In this document: positions 34,524 through 45,500 of the stretch, in pieces
Position numbering within the stretch: the stretch's first letter is position 1
How the letters are laid out: the number at the start of each line of letters is the position of its first letter
Assembly (NCBI GenBank): GCA_050331735.1
Contig: JBHJGN010000037.1
Coordinates: 1-64,000 of the forward strand
DNA: 64,000 nucleotides
Source: Cyanophyceae cyanobacterium
GTDB lineage: Bacteria; Cyanobacteriota; Cyanobacteriia; Cyanobacteriales; JBHJGN01
Direction of reading: 5' to 3'
The notes under the pieces: generated by a model
Database searches by the model: none
What the model saw: the letters and a program-made list of their open reading frames with translations, nothing else
What the model was told of the DNA's origin: nothing
Position numbers and translations under genes: made by a program

Positions 34524-35315
34524 CTACTTCCGGTGGAGCGTTGAGTTGATAATTGCGACTGAATCGAACCAATCGACCTGGAGGCGAGATTGGGCGCTAC
34601 CGCCGTTCACCGCCACTTCTACCCAGCCATGACTACCAGCCAGCGCGATCGCCTCTCCCGTGGCGACATCGCTGTAGGTTTGTCCGCTAGGAATGACGGT
34701 TCCTTTGATCGCCATAGCCCAGGAACCCTGAACCGCTGTGGCCGGAATCGTCGTAATCAAATTACCAAAAATATCAATATACTGAACGCAGCCTGTGAGC
34801 TGCGGATCTATAGAGCTTGGCAAGGATAGCTGGACTAAGCTATTGGGATTGATGACCGGTCCAAGGGCTTCTAAGGAAACGCCATTGGCGAGATGAGCTC
34901 CGACAGGAGCAAAAATATCTCGACCGTGAAAGGTTGCACTCGGAAATGGTGAGCGCCAGTATTGGGAATGAATCAGTTCTACCGCAGCCGAGGCTGGAGA
35001 TAAACTCAGAACGCCACTGAACAAGCCGTTGTCGGGTCCGACAAGATACCCTTGCGCAAACTTCACCGCTACGCCCCGCCGCGGACTACCCACTCCCGGA
35101 TCGACGACCGCTATATAAACCGTGTTGGCCGGAAAATAGGCGAAAGCGTTCATCAAGCAAAAGCGCCCTGCCGCTACGTTTTGCGGGGGAATCTGATGAG
35201 TCAAATCGATCACCGTTTGAGACGTGATAGTTGCGATAATGCCTTTCATCACGCCGACATAACTATCCTGCAGGCCAAAGTCACTCAGTAGGGCGATTAC
35301 TCTTTTCGTCATCAC
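34524..35315 (-). CDS. DUF62 SAM hydroxide adenosyltransferase / chlorinase-fluorinase family protein
   Basis: LSDFG, VVDPGVG, GPDNG, SATFHGRDIFAP and DIFGNLIT motifs. Confidence 0.93.
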   Translation of the reverse strand: MMTKRVIALLSDFGLQDSYVGVMKGIIATITSQTVIDLTHQIPPQNVAAGRFCLMNAFAYFPANTVYIAVVDPGVGSPRRGVAVKFAQGYLVGPDNGLFSGVLSLSPASAAVELIHSQYWRSPFPSATFHGRDIFAPVGAHLANGVSLEALGPVINPNSLVQLSLPSSIDPQLTGCVQYIDIFGNLITTIPATAVQGSWAMAIKGTVIPSGQTYSDVATGEAIALAGSHGWVEVAVNGGSAQSRLQVDWFDSVAIINSTLHRK

Positions 35316-35363
35316 TGATTAGTCGTCGTTAGTTGTGTTACTCACAGTATTTATATATTTTCT

Positions 35364-35377
35364 GTAACAAATAATAC
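35364..35377 (+). promoter_or_regulatory. NtcA binding site
   Basis: GTA-ACAAATAA-TAC, about 67 bp upstream of the pirA-like gene. Confidence 0.7.
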
Positions 35378-35443
35378 TTTCTGTCTCAAACCTGTTACTT
35401 TATAGAGAGTAATCACTGTTTATCTCAGCTATTTTTATTAGAA

Positions 35444-35605
35444 ATGAATAGAGATCGTCAGAGAATCTTAACACAAGCGGCTACGGCTCACCGTCAAAGC
35501 CTGCGTCAAAGCCTACAGCGTCGTCTAGAAGCGGCCAAAGCCAAAGGTAACCTCAAGTTAGTTGGGCAATTGGAGGCTGAAGCTTACTATTTAAAGCTCA
35601 AGTAA
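35444..35605 (+). CDS. pirA: PII-interacting regulator of arginine synthesis PirA-like small protein (53 aa; not in ORF track)
   Basis: MNRDRQRILTQAATAHRQSLRQSLQRRLEAAKAKGNLKLVGQLEAEAYYLKLK with the AHR..L..RLE.A.A.GN..L..QLEAE..YL pattern; upstream NtcA box. Confidence 0.8.
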   Translation: MNRDRQRILTQAATAHRQSLRQSLQRRLEAAKAKGNLKLVGQLEAEAYYLKLK

Positions 35606-35866
35606 ACGGCGCTGTCGGCGCAGGGGAAGGGGCAAAGGAACTTAACAGCGAGCAGTTAACTGAACTAGTCTGGTCACTGGTCACTGCTCATTGTTTTTCC
35701 TTTTCCGAAGGTGATGTCACTCACGGGTTCAGCAAGCTTGCCTTTCTAAATCGCCTATCCTGGTGCTTTCTAGGAGGTTCGCGGGTCGCTAGGGAGCGAT
35801 CGCTCTCTAGCTGTTCTAGAATTGTGGTGTCCGCGATTCCCCATGCTCGGTCCACTTTACCCACAC

Positions 35867-36313
35867 CTAAGCAGCTTCTCGCTCTAGCAATAGCGTGACC
35901 GGACCATCATTTTCAATACTGACCTGCATCATCGCCCCAAACTGCCCCGTTTCTACGTTTAATCCGCTCTGGCGCAGCTTAGCCACGAAAGCCTCATAGA
36001 GCTCCCGGGCGCGGTCGGGAGCCGCAGAACTGCTAAAAGAGGGGCGGCGGCCCTTCCGACAGTCGCCGTAGAGAGTAAACTGACTCACGACTAATAATTC
36101 GCCTCCTAGGTCTCGCACCGACTTTTCCCAGCCTTCCTGTTGGTCGGGAAATAACCGCAGCTCGAGACACTTGCGCACCATCCAGTCTAGTTCAGCTTCT
36201 GTATCAGTCGCCGCAATGCCAACCAGCAAATTTAGTCCCCGGCCAATCTTGCCGATAATTTTGCCCTCCACTTCAACAGCAGAAGATTTAACTCGCTGGA
36301 CAATAATACGCAT
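35867..36313 (-). CDS. dtd: D-aminoacyl-tRNA deacylase
   Basis: [20 protein letters not shown] and NDGPVT motifs. Confidence 0.97.
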   Translation of the reverse strand: MRIIVQRVKSSAVEVEGKIIGKIGRGLNLLVGIAATDTEAELDWMVRKCLELRLFPDQQEGWEKSVRDLGGELLVVSQFTLYGDCRKGRRPSFSSSAAPDRARELYEAFVAKLRQSGLNVETGQFGAMMQVSIENDGPVTLLLEREAA

Positions 36314-36415
36314 CTTTCAACAGTTATCGGTGACCAGTAAGCAGGACACAGTTAATTAGGCAATTCTGGTGACTAGTAACCGACTAAGCACTATCAATCG
36401 GTCACTGGCCACTGC

Positions 36416-37495
36416 TTATTTGCCGAATCCTTTGCCTCGATTAGCGGAGGGTAAGCAGACGCAGTTTTGGATTTGCTGGCGGAGTTTGTCGTGGTCTAGA
36501 TTTTGTCCAATGAGCACTAATTGGGTTTTGGGCTGTCCTTTCCACTCGTCGTCTTCGATAGCAAAGCGTTTCCCGCTGAGATGAAAAATATGGCGACTGG
36601 GGCTTTCGTCGAACCACAGCACTCCTTTAGCCCGGAAGACGTTTTCCGGTAGCTGATTGTCAAGAAAATACTGGAACTTGCGAATGGCAAAGGGTTTGTC
36701 GCTCTCAAAGGAAACGGAGGTAAAACCATCATTTTCTAGGTGATGAGAATGATGGTCGTGGTCGTTATGGTCGTGGTCGTGATGGTCGTGGTCGTGATGG
36801 TCGTGGTCGTGGTGCTCCTCCGATGCCTGCTCAAAGTATTGATCGGATTCAAAAGCGCCAATACTGAGAATGAGAGGCAGCGGCACTTGCGATTTCTGAG
36901 TTCGCAGCACTCTCGCTCCTTCTTTAATATCACGGATGCGGATCTCTAAAGCATCGACATCCGCTTCATCCACTAAATCGGTTTTATTCAGAATGATGAC
37001 ATCTCCATAAGCAATCTGGCTGTAAGCCGCTTCACTGTTGAAGAGATCGAGGCTAAAGTTGGCTGAATCGACTACTGTCACAATTGAATCGAGACGCGTC
37101 ATATCTCGCAACTCTGTCCCGAGGAAAGTCAGGGCAACGGGGAGCGGATCGGCCAGTCCGGTTGTTTCTACCACTAGGTAATCAATTTTTTCTGGGCGTT
37201 CTAAAACTTTGTAGATTGCCTGGACTAAATCCTCGTTAATCGTACAGCAAATACAGCCGTTACTCAGTTCCACCATGTTGTCTTCGGTGGTGACAATGAG
37301 CTCGTTGTCGATTCCGATTTCGCCAAACTCATTAACGAGAACAGCCGTTTTTACTCCTTCTTGGTTACTTAAAATATGGTTGAGCAGCGTTGTCTTCCCG
37401 CTGCCCAAAAACCCAGTGATGATTGTGACGGGTAAACCCTGCTTTGGGGTATCGAGTCCTGGAGAAGCTTGGGGCTGGTTGTTTACTGTTGGCAT
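36416..37495 (-). CDS. COG0523/CobW-family metallochaperone GTPase with His-rich linker
   Basis: GFLGSGKTT, GCICC, ETTGLADP, NKTD and an HHDHD repeat tract. Confidence 0.95.
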   Translation of the reverse strand: MPTVNNQPQASPGLDTPKQGLPVTIITGFLGSGKTTLLNHILSNQEGVKTAVLVNEFGEIGIDNELIVTTEDNMVELSNGCICCTINEDLVQAIYKVLERPEKIDYLVVETTGLADPLPVALTFLGTELRDMTRLDSIVTVVDSANFSLDLFNSEAAYSQIAYGDVIILNKTDLVDEADVDALEIRIRDIKEGARVLRTQKSQVPLPLILSIGAFESDQYFEQASEEHHDHDHHDHDHHDHDHNDHDHHSHHLENDGFTSVSFESDKPFAIRKFQYFLDNQLPENVFRAKGVLWFDESPSRHIFHLSGKRFAIEDDEWKGQPKTQLVLIGQNLDHDKLRQQIQNCVCLPSANRGKGFGK

Positions 37496-37646
37496 AATTT
37501 AAGCGAGGAGAAACGTCAGAATAGAATAGGAGTTGTGAGGTTGGTTCTTCACGTTTATACTTATGTACCTATTATTGCTCATTCTTCACTCGTGATTGCT
37601 GTTTGCAGCAATCCACGATCGCTGCTAATCCCCTCTCTAAAAATCT

Positions 37647-39080
37647 ATGTCTTTAGTCCTCGCCAACACCCTCACTCGTCGTCAAGAACCCTTCGAGCCG
37701 CTTGAACCCGGTAAGGTGCAGATGTACTGCTGCGGCATGACGGTGTATGACTATTGCCATGTCGGTCATGGACGGACCTGTTTAGTGTGGGATGTCGCCC
37801 GCCGCTACCTAGAATGGCGCGGCTACGCGGTTAACTATGTGCAAAATTTTACCGATATTGATGACAAGATTCTCAAGCGGGCGCAAGCGGAGGGAACCTC
37901 GATGCAGGATGTCGCCGAGCGTTTTATTGCTGCCTATTTTGAAGATATGGAACGGCTGCATATTCGTCCGGCAGATGCCTATCCCCGCGCCACCCATACC
38001 ATCGACGGCATTAAAAGGCTGGTGCATCAGCTAGAGCACAAAGGCTATGCCTATCCGGCTGAGGGCGATGTCTACTATGCTGTCCGCCAGTTTGCAGGCT
38101 ACGGCAAGCTATCGGGACGGAAGTTAGAGGAAATGCAGGCAGGAGCCAGTGGACGGGTGACAGAAGCCCCTGGAGAAAGAGCCAAAAAAGACCCTTTTGA
38201 TTTTGCCCTTTGGAAAGCCGCTAAGCCCGATGAACCCGCGTGGTCCTCAGATTGGGGAGAGGGCCGTCCAGGCTGGCATATCGAGTGTTCAGCGATGATC
38301 CGCGAGCATCTGGGGGAAACTATTGATCTGCACGTCGGGGGTAGCGACCTGATTTTTCCCCACCACGAAAACGAGATTGCCCAATCGGAAGCCGTGACCG
38401 GAAAACCCTTGGCACGATATTGGCTGCATACCGGCATGGTCAAGGTGGGCGGCGAGAAAATGTCTAAATCGCTGGGTAACTTTATTACCATTCGAGATTT
38501 ACTTGACCGGGTTGACCCGATGGCGGTGCGGCTCTTTATTTTGCAGGCGCACTACCGCAAGCCAATCGACTTTACCGAGGAAGCGCTACAGGCAGCGACT
38601 CACGGCTGGTACACTCTTAAAGACGGGCTGCTGTTTGGACATCAGTACGGTGAACGCTTGAGCTGGCAATCGGCTGATGCAGTTGATGATCGGATTATCC
38701 AGCGGTTTCAGGATGTTGTGGATGACGACTTCAATTTTGCCGGCGGCTTGGCGGTTCTGTTTGAAGTGGCTAAAGAATTGCGCCGGGAAGGAAACTTGCT
38801 CGTTCATCAGGGGAAAACCGAGTCCTCACCACAAGTGCTACAGCAGCAGTGGCAAACGCTTGTGCAGCTAGCCGGAATTTTAGGCTTTGAAGCACAACCG
38901 GAAACAACTGAGATAAGCGGACTCAGTGATGCTGCCATTGAAGCGCAGATTCAACAACGAACTCGGGCGCGTCAGGCTAAAAATTGGGCCGAGAGCGATC
39001 GCATCCGCGACGAACTGCACTCCCAGGGGATTGCCCTCATCGATCAGCCTGGTGGCCTGACGAAGTGGTATCGACAGTAA
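37647..39080 (+). CDS. cysS: Cysteine--tRNA ligase
   Basis: HVGH, PGWHIECSAM, FPHHENE and KMSKS motifs. Confidence 0.98.
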   Translation: MSLVLANTLTRRQEPFEPLEPGKVQMYCCGMTVYDYCHVGHGRTCLVWDVARRYLEWRGYAVNYVQNFTDIDDKILKRAQAEGTSMQDVAERFIAAYFEDMERLHIRPADAYPRATHTIDGIKRLVHQLEHKGYAYPAEGDVYYAVRQFAGYGKLSGRKLEEMQAGASGRVTEAPGERAKKDPFDFALWKAAKPDEPAWSSDWGEGRPGWHIECSAMIREHLGETIDLHVGGSDLIFPHHENEIAQSEAVTGKPLARYWLHTGMVKVGGEKMSKSLGNFITIRDLLDRVDPMAVRLFILQAHYRKPIDFTEEALQAATHGWYTLKDGLLFGHQYGERLSWQSADAVDDRIIQRFQDVVDDDFNFAGGLAVLFEVAKELRREGNLLVHQGKTESSPQVLQQQWQTLVQLAGILGFEAQPETTEISGLSDAAIEAQIQQRTRARQAKNWAESDRIRDELHSQGIALIDQPGGLTKWYRQ

Positions 39081-39175
39081 AAAAAGCTAATCGTTAATAG
39101 CTTGGAGCCGGAAATTCCTGCTCCCGATCATCCCTTGTTAAACTGTGTTAAGAAATAAAAATTAACACTTACTCA

Positions 39176-39865
39176 ATGCTTAGACTGATCACTGACTTTG
39201 ATGGTCCAATTGTGGATGTTTCAGAGCGCTACTACTCTGTCTACCAGTACTGTTTAAACACTAGCAAACGTTCTGAGCAAGCGGTGCGCCAGCTATCGAA
39301 GTCGGAGTTTTGGCAGCTAAAGCGCTCTCGCATACCGGAACGCCAGATCGGTCTTTTGTCTGGGCTAGACGAGGAGCAGGCAAAAGAGTTTGCTCTTCTG
39401 CGTCGACGAACGGTTCACAGTCTTCCGTATCTGGTTCACGATCGCCTGTTGCCAGGTGTTCGAGAAACCCTAGAAAAACTGCAGTATCTCCAAGTAGATG
39501 TTGTTGTGATGACGATGCGCCGAGTGCGCGAGCTCGAAACCGCTTTAGAAAGCTTCGACCTGCATCAGTTTTTTCCATCTAACCGCCGCTATTGCCTCAG
39601 TAACGAGCATCAAAAATCTACTGACGTTGAAGACAAGACTCAGTTGATGAAACAGGCTCTGCAAGAACTTCCCGCTCGTGAAGTCTGGATGGTTGGCGAC
39701 ACAGAAGCTGATATTGTCGCCGCCAAAACCTACAACGTGAGAGTGATTGGCGTGTTGTCTGGCATCCGCGATCGCCTTCAGCTCGAGCGCTACGAACCCG
39801 ATTTCATCGTCAATAACTTTAGTGAAGCTGTCGCTCTCCTTAGTACGCCACAAACCAGCCGCTAG
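39176..39865 (+). CDS. HAD-family hydrolase
   Basis: DFDGP and MVGDTEAD motifs. Confidence 0.9.
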   Translation: MLRLITDFDGPIVDVSERYYSVYQYCLNTSKRSEQAVRQLSKSEFWQLKRSRIPERQIGLLSGLDEEQAKEFALLRRRTVHSLPYLVHDRLLPGVRETLEKLQYLQVDVVVMTMRRVRELETALESFDLHQFFPSNRRYCLSNEHQKSTDVEDKTQLMKQALQELPAREVWMVGDTEADIVAAKTYNVRVIGVLSGIRDRLQLERYEPDFIVNNFSEAVALLSTPQTSR

Positions 39866-39874
39866 GCTGAGATA

Positions 39875-40495
39875 TTAGCGCACAAAACTACTGCTTAACC
39901 AAAAAATACAGAAGGTCACTAATACTGTAAACTGCTCGCTTTCTAAACTAACTCCTCCACCTTGAGTTCCCAAAACACTGGCTAATCCAGAACCAACCGT
40001 AATTCCTACCAGCAAGCCAGCTAGCGAAATGAGAAGTGAGCGCCCAAATCGCTGCTCTTTACGATTAAGGAAGTAAATGTTGGCGCCAAACCCTAACGCA
40101 ACTAGCAACGGCAGCAAAGAGCCTTCGGGGTTTTGGTAAAAAACTGCTACACAGGCGAGGGCCAAAAACACCGCCGCTGACGCTAAAATGTCCGAGCGAG
40201 AAGGCGTATCAATTAACTGCTGTAACCAAGTGGGACCACTCGGCGATGCCGGTGTCGGATTCGGGGGAGCTTCAGTTCTTTCAGGGAAGCGAATGCGTTC
40301 GGGGACTTTAATTCTGCCTTCCTGACGCATTCTCAGTCGATCCATAATGACAGCATCATAGGCAGCCTCAATGCTTTCTACGGCCTTGGCATCGTCACGG
40401 TACTGTTGACTCAGGCGTTTTTTAGCATCTTGAATTTCTTCAAAGGAAGCATTTTCTGTTACCCCAAGCTTCTCATAGGGATTTTGCTCGCTCAT
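39875..40495 (-). CDS. CPP1-like (J-like domain) membrane protein
   Basis: NPYEKLGV..ASFEEIQ..IEAAYD..RLRMRQEG.IKVP; start taken at ATG 40495. Confidence 0.88.
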   Translation of the reverse strand: MSEQNPYEKLGVTENASFEEIQDAKKRLSQQYRDDAKAVESIEAAYDAVIMDRLRMRQEGRIKVPERIRFPERTEAPPNPTPASPSGPTWLQQLIDTPSRSDILASAAVFLALACVAVFYQNPEGSLLPLLVALGFGANIYFLNRKEQRFGRSLLISLAGLLVGITVGSGLASVLGTQGGGVSLESEQFTVLVTFCIFWLSSSFVR

Positions 40496-40994
40496 CGATA
40501 AACCTCCTTCGATCCTCCCTCTCAAATTGAACACGTTCAGCAGTCAGTAACAAATGGCGAAAGCGGATGCCTCAGTTAGCTAATTCCCCTAGGTTTTCTA
40601 GATAAGTGGTCCTCATTCAAGCCTAAATTGCTACTCTCTCTCAAGCTAGTTTAACTTGAGAATTCGTTTCTCAGCGTTTTTCTCTTAAGACTTGTGATCT
40701 GCTTTTCTATTTAACTTTACAGCGAATTGTTGAATTGCTAAAAAACTTGATTCGGATGGGGGTGGCCGTCTAAAAGTTACCCTCAGCTTAGCAGGCTGTA
40801 GTTCAGGCAAGAGCAAAAAGTCAGTGAGCCAACCGCTCCTGGAAAGCAACGAGTAAGACGGTTCGGCAAGTATTACAGTTGTATTATTGGCAATCCCTCA
40901 GTAATGCTTCGATAATTGACTAAGCCATTGAGTGTTATCATCATTGTCCTCATCTTAGGCTTTTAGCGATCATTTAGTTTTAGAGCCAAAACCT

Positions 40995-41699
40995 ATGGAT
41001 ACGCCCTCGACTAAAATCCTCGTTGTAGACGATGATTCTGCAATCCGTAACTTAATTTTGCGCTTCCTCGCTCAAAAAAACTACCAAGTAGAATCTGCTG
41101 AAGACGGCAAGTCTGCCTTAAGTATTTTTGACCGCTTTGCCCCGGATCTGGTAATTTTAGACGTTAACTTGCCAGATGCTTTAGGTTACAATCTCTGTGA
41201 GGAGATGCAGAGTCGTACCGACGTTTATATTCTTCTCTTAACCAGCCGTGCCGATGCGGCGGATAAAAAAGAAGGATTTTTAAAAGGAGCTGACGATTAT
41301 TTAACCAAGCCTTTTGATCTGCAGGAGCTAGAATACCGAGTTAAGGCTATTTTGAAGCGTCGGCGCACTATTTCATCGGCTAGTCAGCCTCAGCTCATTT
41401 TTGGTGATTTAGCGATTAATCCGACCAGTCGTCAGGTCAAAATCAAAAATAATCTCATCGAACTGACCGCCCTGGAGTTTGATTTGCTTCATTGTTTAGC
41501 TAGTCATCCTGGTCGGGTGTGGCGACGGACGGAACTGCTTCAAAACGTATGGGACTACGATTATGTAGGCGATAAACGAGTAGTCGATGTCCATATTGGC
41601 CAGATTCGCAAAAAAATTGAACCCCACATTACTGACTCCTCTCTAATTCAGACAGTGAGAGGAGTTGGCTACAAGTTTGAATTGTCGGCTCAAAATTGA
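40995..41699 (+). CDS. OmpR-family response regulator (orphan)
   Basis: Receiver domain plus winged helix (LTALEFDLL, VDVHIGQIRKK, TVRGVGY). Confidence 0.95.
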   Translation: MDTPSTKILVVDDDSAIRNLILRFLAQKNYQVESAEDGKSALSIFDRFAPDLVILDVNLPDALGYNLCEEMQSRTDVYILLLTSRADAADKKEGFLKGADDYLTKPFDLQELEYRVKAILKRRRTISSASQPQLIFGDLAINPTSRQVKIKNNLIELTALEFDLLHCLASHPGRVWRRTELLQNVWDYDYVGDKRVVDVHIGQIRKKIEPHITDSSLIQTVRGVGYKFELSAQN

Positions 41700-41784
41700 C
41701 CGCGCTAAGACCCCATTGTTTCACAACAATGTCTTGGCTGCGCTAGAGAGAATTTGAGCCATCAAAGACAATGGCTTGTCGTTC

Positions 41785-42042
41785 TCAGCCATTAGCCTGG
41801 GATTCTTTATCCGTCACTGCTGATGATTTATCTTCAAGCTGGGCATTCATCTTCACAGAGTCTTCAAGCTGTTGGGCTTCGCGTTTAAATTCATTTTCAA
41901 ATTCTTTAGAAGCATCCTGAAAACCTCGAATTGCTTTACCAAGACTGCGGCCAATTTCCGGTAACTTTTTCGGGCCAAAGACGAGTAGAGCGATGACCAG
42001 AATTAAGGTCATCTCCGGTAAACCAATCCCAAAAACGTTCAT
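41785..42042 (-). CDS. tatA: Twin-arginine translocase subunit TatA/E
   Basis: FGIGLPE..LLVFGPKKLPEIG motif. Confidence 0.95.
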   Translation of the reverse strand: MNVFGIGLPEMTLILVIALLVFGPKKLPEIGRSLGKAIRGFQDASKEFENEFKREAQQLEDSVKMNAQLEDKSSAVTDKESQANG

Positions 42043-42077
42043 AATTTTCCTCGATAGATTCCGCCTTTATTATGACG

Positions 42078-42100
42078 AAAAATCCCGGACAAGCCGGGAT
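42078..42100 (-). terminator. Intrinsic terminator downstream of psbH
   Basis: ATCCCGG-N5-CCGGGAT stem followed by a T-tract on the minus strand. Confidence 0.6.
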
Positions 42101-42126
42101 GCCTACAGGATCTAAGGATTAACCAG

Positions 42127-42330
42127 CTATTGTCCGAGGCTTCTCCAGTCCACATCGAAGCTGTTGAGAAGCAGTGAGGAATTATAGATTTGCAGAATAA
42201 TTAAGAGAAACACGAAAAATAACCCCATAAAAACAGCCATGAGCGGGGTTGTTCCCCAACCAGGGGCTACTTTACCATATTCAGAGTTTAAGGGTCTCAA
42301 GATATCCCCTAACCGAGTCCGTTGTGCCAT
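42127..42330 (-). CDS. psbH: Photosystem II protein H
   Basis: [18 protein letters not shown] motif. Confidence 0.98.
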   Translation of the reverse strand: MAQRTRLGDILRPLNSEYGKVAPGWGTTPLMAVFMGLFFVFLLIILQIYNSSLLLNSFDVDWRSLGQ

Positions 42331-42414
42331 AGGTCAACCGTAATGGATTTAAATGAATTTTTGTAATGTTCTGTAATATTATATAAGTAATAGGAATTAT
42401 CAGTAATTTGAAAT

Positions 42415-42546
42415 ATGGAATCTGCAACAGTTCTTAGCATCGGTATTGGTGCGGTCGTGATCGCGATTACGGCTTTATCCATTTACACCTCTTTCGGACC
42501 GCCATCGGCTGAACTGGGCGATCCCTTTGAAGATCATGAAGACTAG
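42415..42546 (+). CDS. psbN: PsbN (43 aa; not in ORF track)
   Basis: MESATVLSIGIGAVVIAITALSIYTSFGPPSAELGDPFEDHED, divergent from psbH. Confidence 0.96.
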   Translation: MESATVLSIGIGAVVIAITALSIYTSFGPPSAELGDPFEDHED

Positions 42547-42572
42547 AGCCTCATCGGTAGAATAGACATAGC

Positions 42573-45500
42573 TCATTTGAGTGGATGTGCCCTCAGCCTC
42601 AAACTGGTAATTTTCCAGGGCTTGACGGGCAAATATGGCTTGCTCTCCGCTGAGGGAAGGGGCCGTTCTAACCCATCGACTCGGGAAGTAATCTCCCAAT
42701 CAAGATCGCCCGTTACCGCAAGCTGTGTCTCTTCTCCCCAGCATTCGTAACAGCGCATCACCCATTCATGGGCGGTTCCCTCCGACTGCTTGAGCGCCAT
42801 TAAAACCACATTGTTTGAGGACAAATTGAGAAACTGGTGAGTGGGAGAGAGTTGAGCATCCGCTGTGCGGCCTGCTTCCCTGACCTGAAGGGGAATATTC
42901 AGCTCATAGCCGGCACGGACGGTCTGTGCTGCTTGCCAGTCCCCTTGATGGGGATAAAGGGCATAGGTAAAGTGATGAATTCCGCGGTCGGCATTGGAAT
43001 CGGGCCAGCGAGAAGCCCGCAGGAGGGTGAGTCGCAGCGACTGAGGCTGGCTATCGTAGCCGTACTTACAGTCGTTGAGTAAACTGACTCCGTAGCGGTA
43101 ACGAACATCGGTTAAATCTGCCCACCGGAGAGCGGGTATTTCCCACTTTGCTCGCTCCGCAGGCGTCTGTGGCTGCGTGGGGCGCTGAATGGCCCCGCAG
43201 GGAATTTCGCAGGTGACGGTATTGCTGGTAATGCTCAGGGGAAAAGCCGCTTTGACTAACACGTGACTTTCCTGCCAGTCTACCGTCGTGGCAATCTTGA
43301 GGAGTGGCGATCGCGCTTGCAGAATATAGTCTTGGCAAAACTCCGACTGTCCGAGCCGTCGCCTGACTCGCACCCGCCACTGCACTGGCCCCTGGTCGAT
43401 CCACTCAATGGAAATTAGTTGCGCTGGGGGTAAAGGATGCTGAGCGTAGTCGGGGTCAATATTCCAAGCATCCCAGTACTGACCGCGATCACGAAAAGCC
43501 TGAAGCTGATTGCCTGGGCCTCCCAGCACTTCCCGCTGCTCAGCTTGATCAAATATGCTATCTAGGTTTCCGGTGACTGGATTAATGACTACCCGCAGCT
43601 TCTCGTTTTCTAACACAAACTCTCGGTTGAGGTTCAGTGGTTGCGTCTGTTGCAGAGACGGGCAAATCCAGTAGAGACGGTAGCCTACTGAGGGAGTTTC
43701 TGCCACAAACAGCAGCGACTGTTCGCTGCACTGGGTCGGTATCTGATTCCCCTCGAGATCAATCACGGTCCGGTTGTTTTGAGCAATCGGATAGGCGACA
43801 ACCTCAGTACGCTGCCAGTTAAGGGCATTGAAAACCACCACAGGCTGAGCCTCTGGGTGAGGCGGTTGGGGAAAGGCAATGTGGGAGGCGATCGCCTCGA
43901 GAGACTCGGACACTATTTTGGTTCCTGCCTGGACGACGGCTTGCCAAGCTTGATTGGCATCGACGAATACTTCTGGAATCGACGTACCGGGGAGAATATC
44001 GTGGAACTGATTAAACAGTAACTTTTTCCAAGCTTGCTTTATTGGCTCTTGGGGATAGGAATAAGGCGCAGCAGTACTGGACGTGCAGATGGCGGCCAGA
44101 GTGGCCCACAGTTCGGCTTGGTAGAGCAACCCTTCCCCATAGCGATTGAAATATTTTTGCTCTGCATGAGTCGTATAGCAGCCACGATGCAGTTCTAGGT
44201 ACAGTTCATCGTTCCAGGTAGGAAAGGAGGAGGCAGTGACTAGTGCAGGAGAAGGCGGGGAGGAAGATTGAGGCTCAGCACTGGCAATCTGTTCCAGATA
44301 TTGGGTGGCCGTGGTCCACTGGAAACGGGGGAAGAAGGGAGATTGGGCTGCGCGTTGCTGCACCTCCAGCATATCTCGACTCGGACCACCGCCGTGATCG
44401 CCAACGCCGGGTAGCCAGAAAGCATCTTTTAAGTGAGTTTGTTGCTCCCAGTCCACGGCATAGCGAGACATAATGACTGGATTAGTATCCATCACCCCGG
44501 CCAGATTCGGTGGCGACATCAGCGTAAGTAGCCGGGTACCGTCGGGAGACTGCCACCAAAAAACACCGTGGGGAAAGGGAGTGCTGTCGTTCCAGTGCAG
44601 CTTTCCGGTGACGAAGTATTCAATGCCACCCGCTTTCAGAATTTGCGGCAGTTGCCAGGTAAACCCGAAGCTATCTGGTAGCCAAGCAACTTTAGTAAGC
44701 TGGCCAAATTTTTCTTGGGTGTAGCGCTGTCCGTAGAGGAGTTGCCGAATTAAGGATTCTCCGCTCAGTAAGTTCGCGTCTGGCTCGACCCACATGCCTC
44801 CTACCACTTCCCAGCGTCCCGCCATCACTGCCGCTTGCACGGCTTTAAACAATTCTGGGCGATGCTCCTCGATCCAGGCGTAGAGAGCAGGGGTTGAGTG
44901 ACAAAAGGTTAGATGAGGAAACTCCTGCTGGAGACCGAGCACAGAAGTAAACGTGCGTTCCGCTACCTCCCAGGTTTCCTCGACTGGCCATAGCCAAGCT
45001 AAATCGAGATGGGCATGACCGAGTAAATGCAGACAGCGCTGCTGAATGCCCGCAGCGAGGGGAAGGAGACGGTGACGGAGTTGCCGCAGCGATCGCTCAA
45101 ACTGCTCCGCATTCGTGACCAGCTTCCAATCAATAGCAGTCAAAATGGTAGCTAAGGTTGCTAACTTTTCCGGTGCAAACGCTTCTAGATAGTTGTGTAA
45201 CACCGTGAGTTCATCGGCAACAAAACCAGGATCGACCAATTTTAAGTCTTGACTATCGGGGTCTTGTGGCTTTTCTGTTTCGTAAACACACCTCGACTGC
45301 ATCAGCGCCCCAATATCGTGGCCTGGACTGACAAGGCGCAGGGTCACGATGATGATGTTGCCAGGAGTGGCAGCATCAGTCAGCAGCACTCTGGCTGAAG
45401 AATCAAATAAGTCTCCTTCCTGCACCAGTTGCCCGTTAACATAGATTTTTGCCTCTTCTGCCCACCAGGTCAGAACGAGCCGCAGGGAGAGACCCGCTAA

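Noticed and set aside
34524..35315. Halogenase (fluorinase/chlorinase) biosynthetic cluster
   Set aside because: The SATFHGRD motif fits the widespread DUF62 SAM hydrolase, and no biosynthetic genes are adjacent
36320..36415. Heptamer-like repeats (also ~8755, ~35670, ~52490) as a novel element
   Set aside because: These are ordinary cyanobacterial STRR-type intergenic repeats
36745..36815. Repeat array (TGGTCG)n resembling a CRISPR or VNTR
   Set aside because: It encodes the His/Asp-rich linker of the COG0523 GTPase; there are no spacers or cas genes
42475..42699. Minus-strand 74-aa ORF in the track
   Set aside because: It overlaps psbN and the mannosidase end; psbN on + is the real gene
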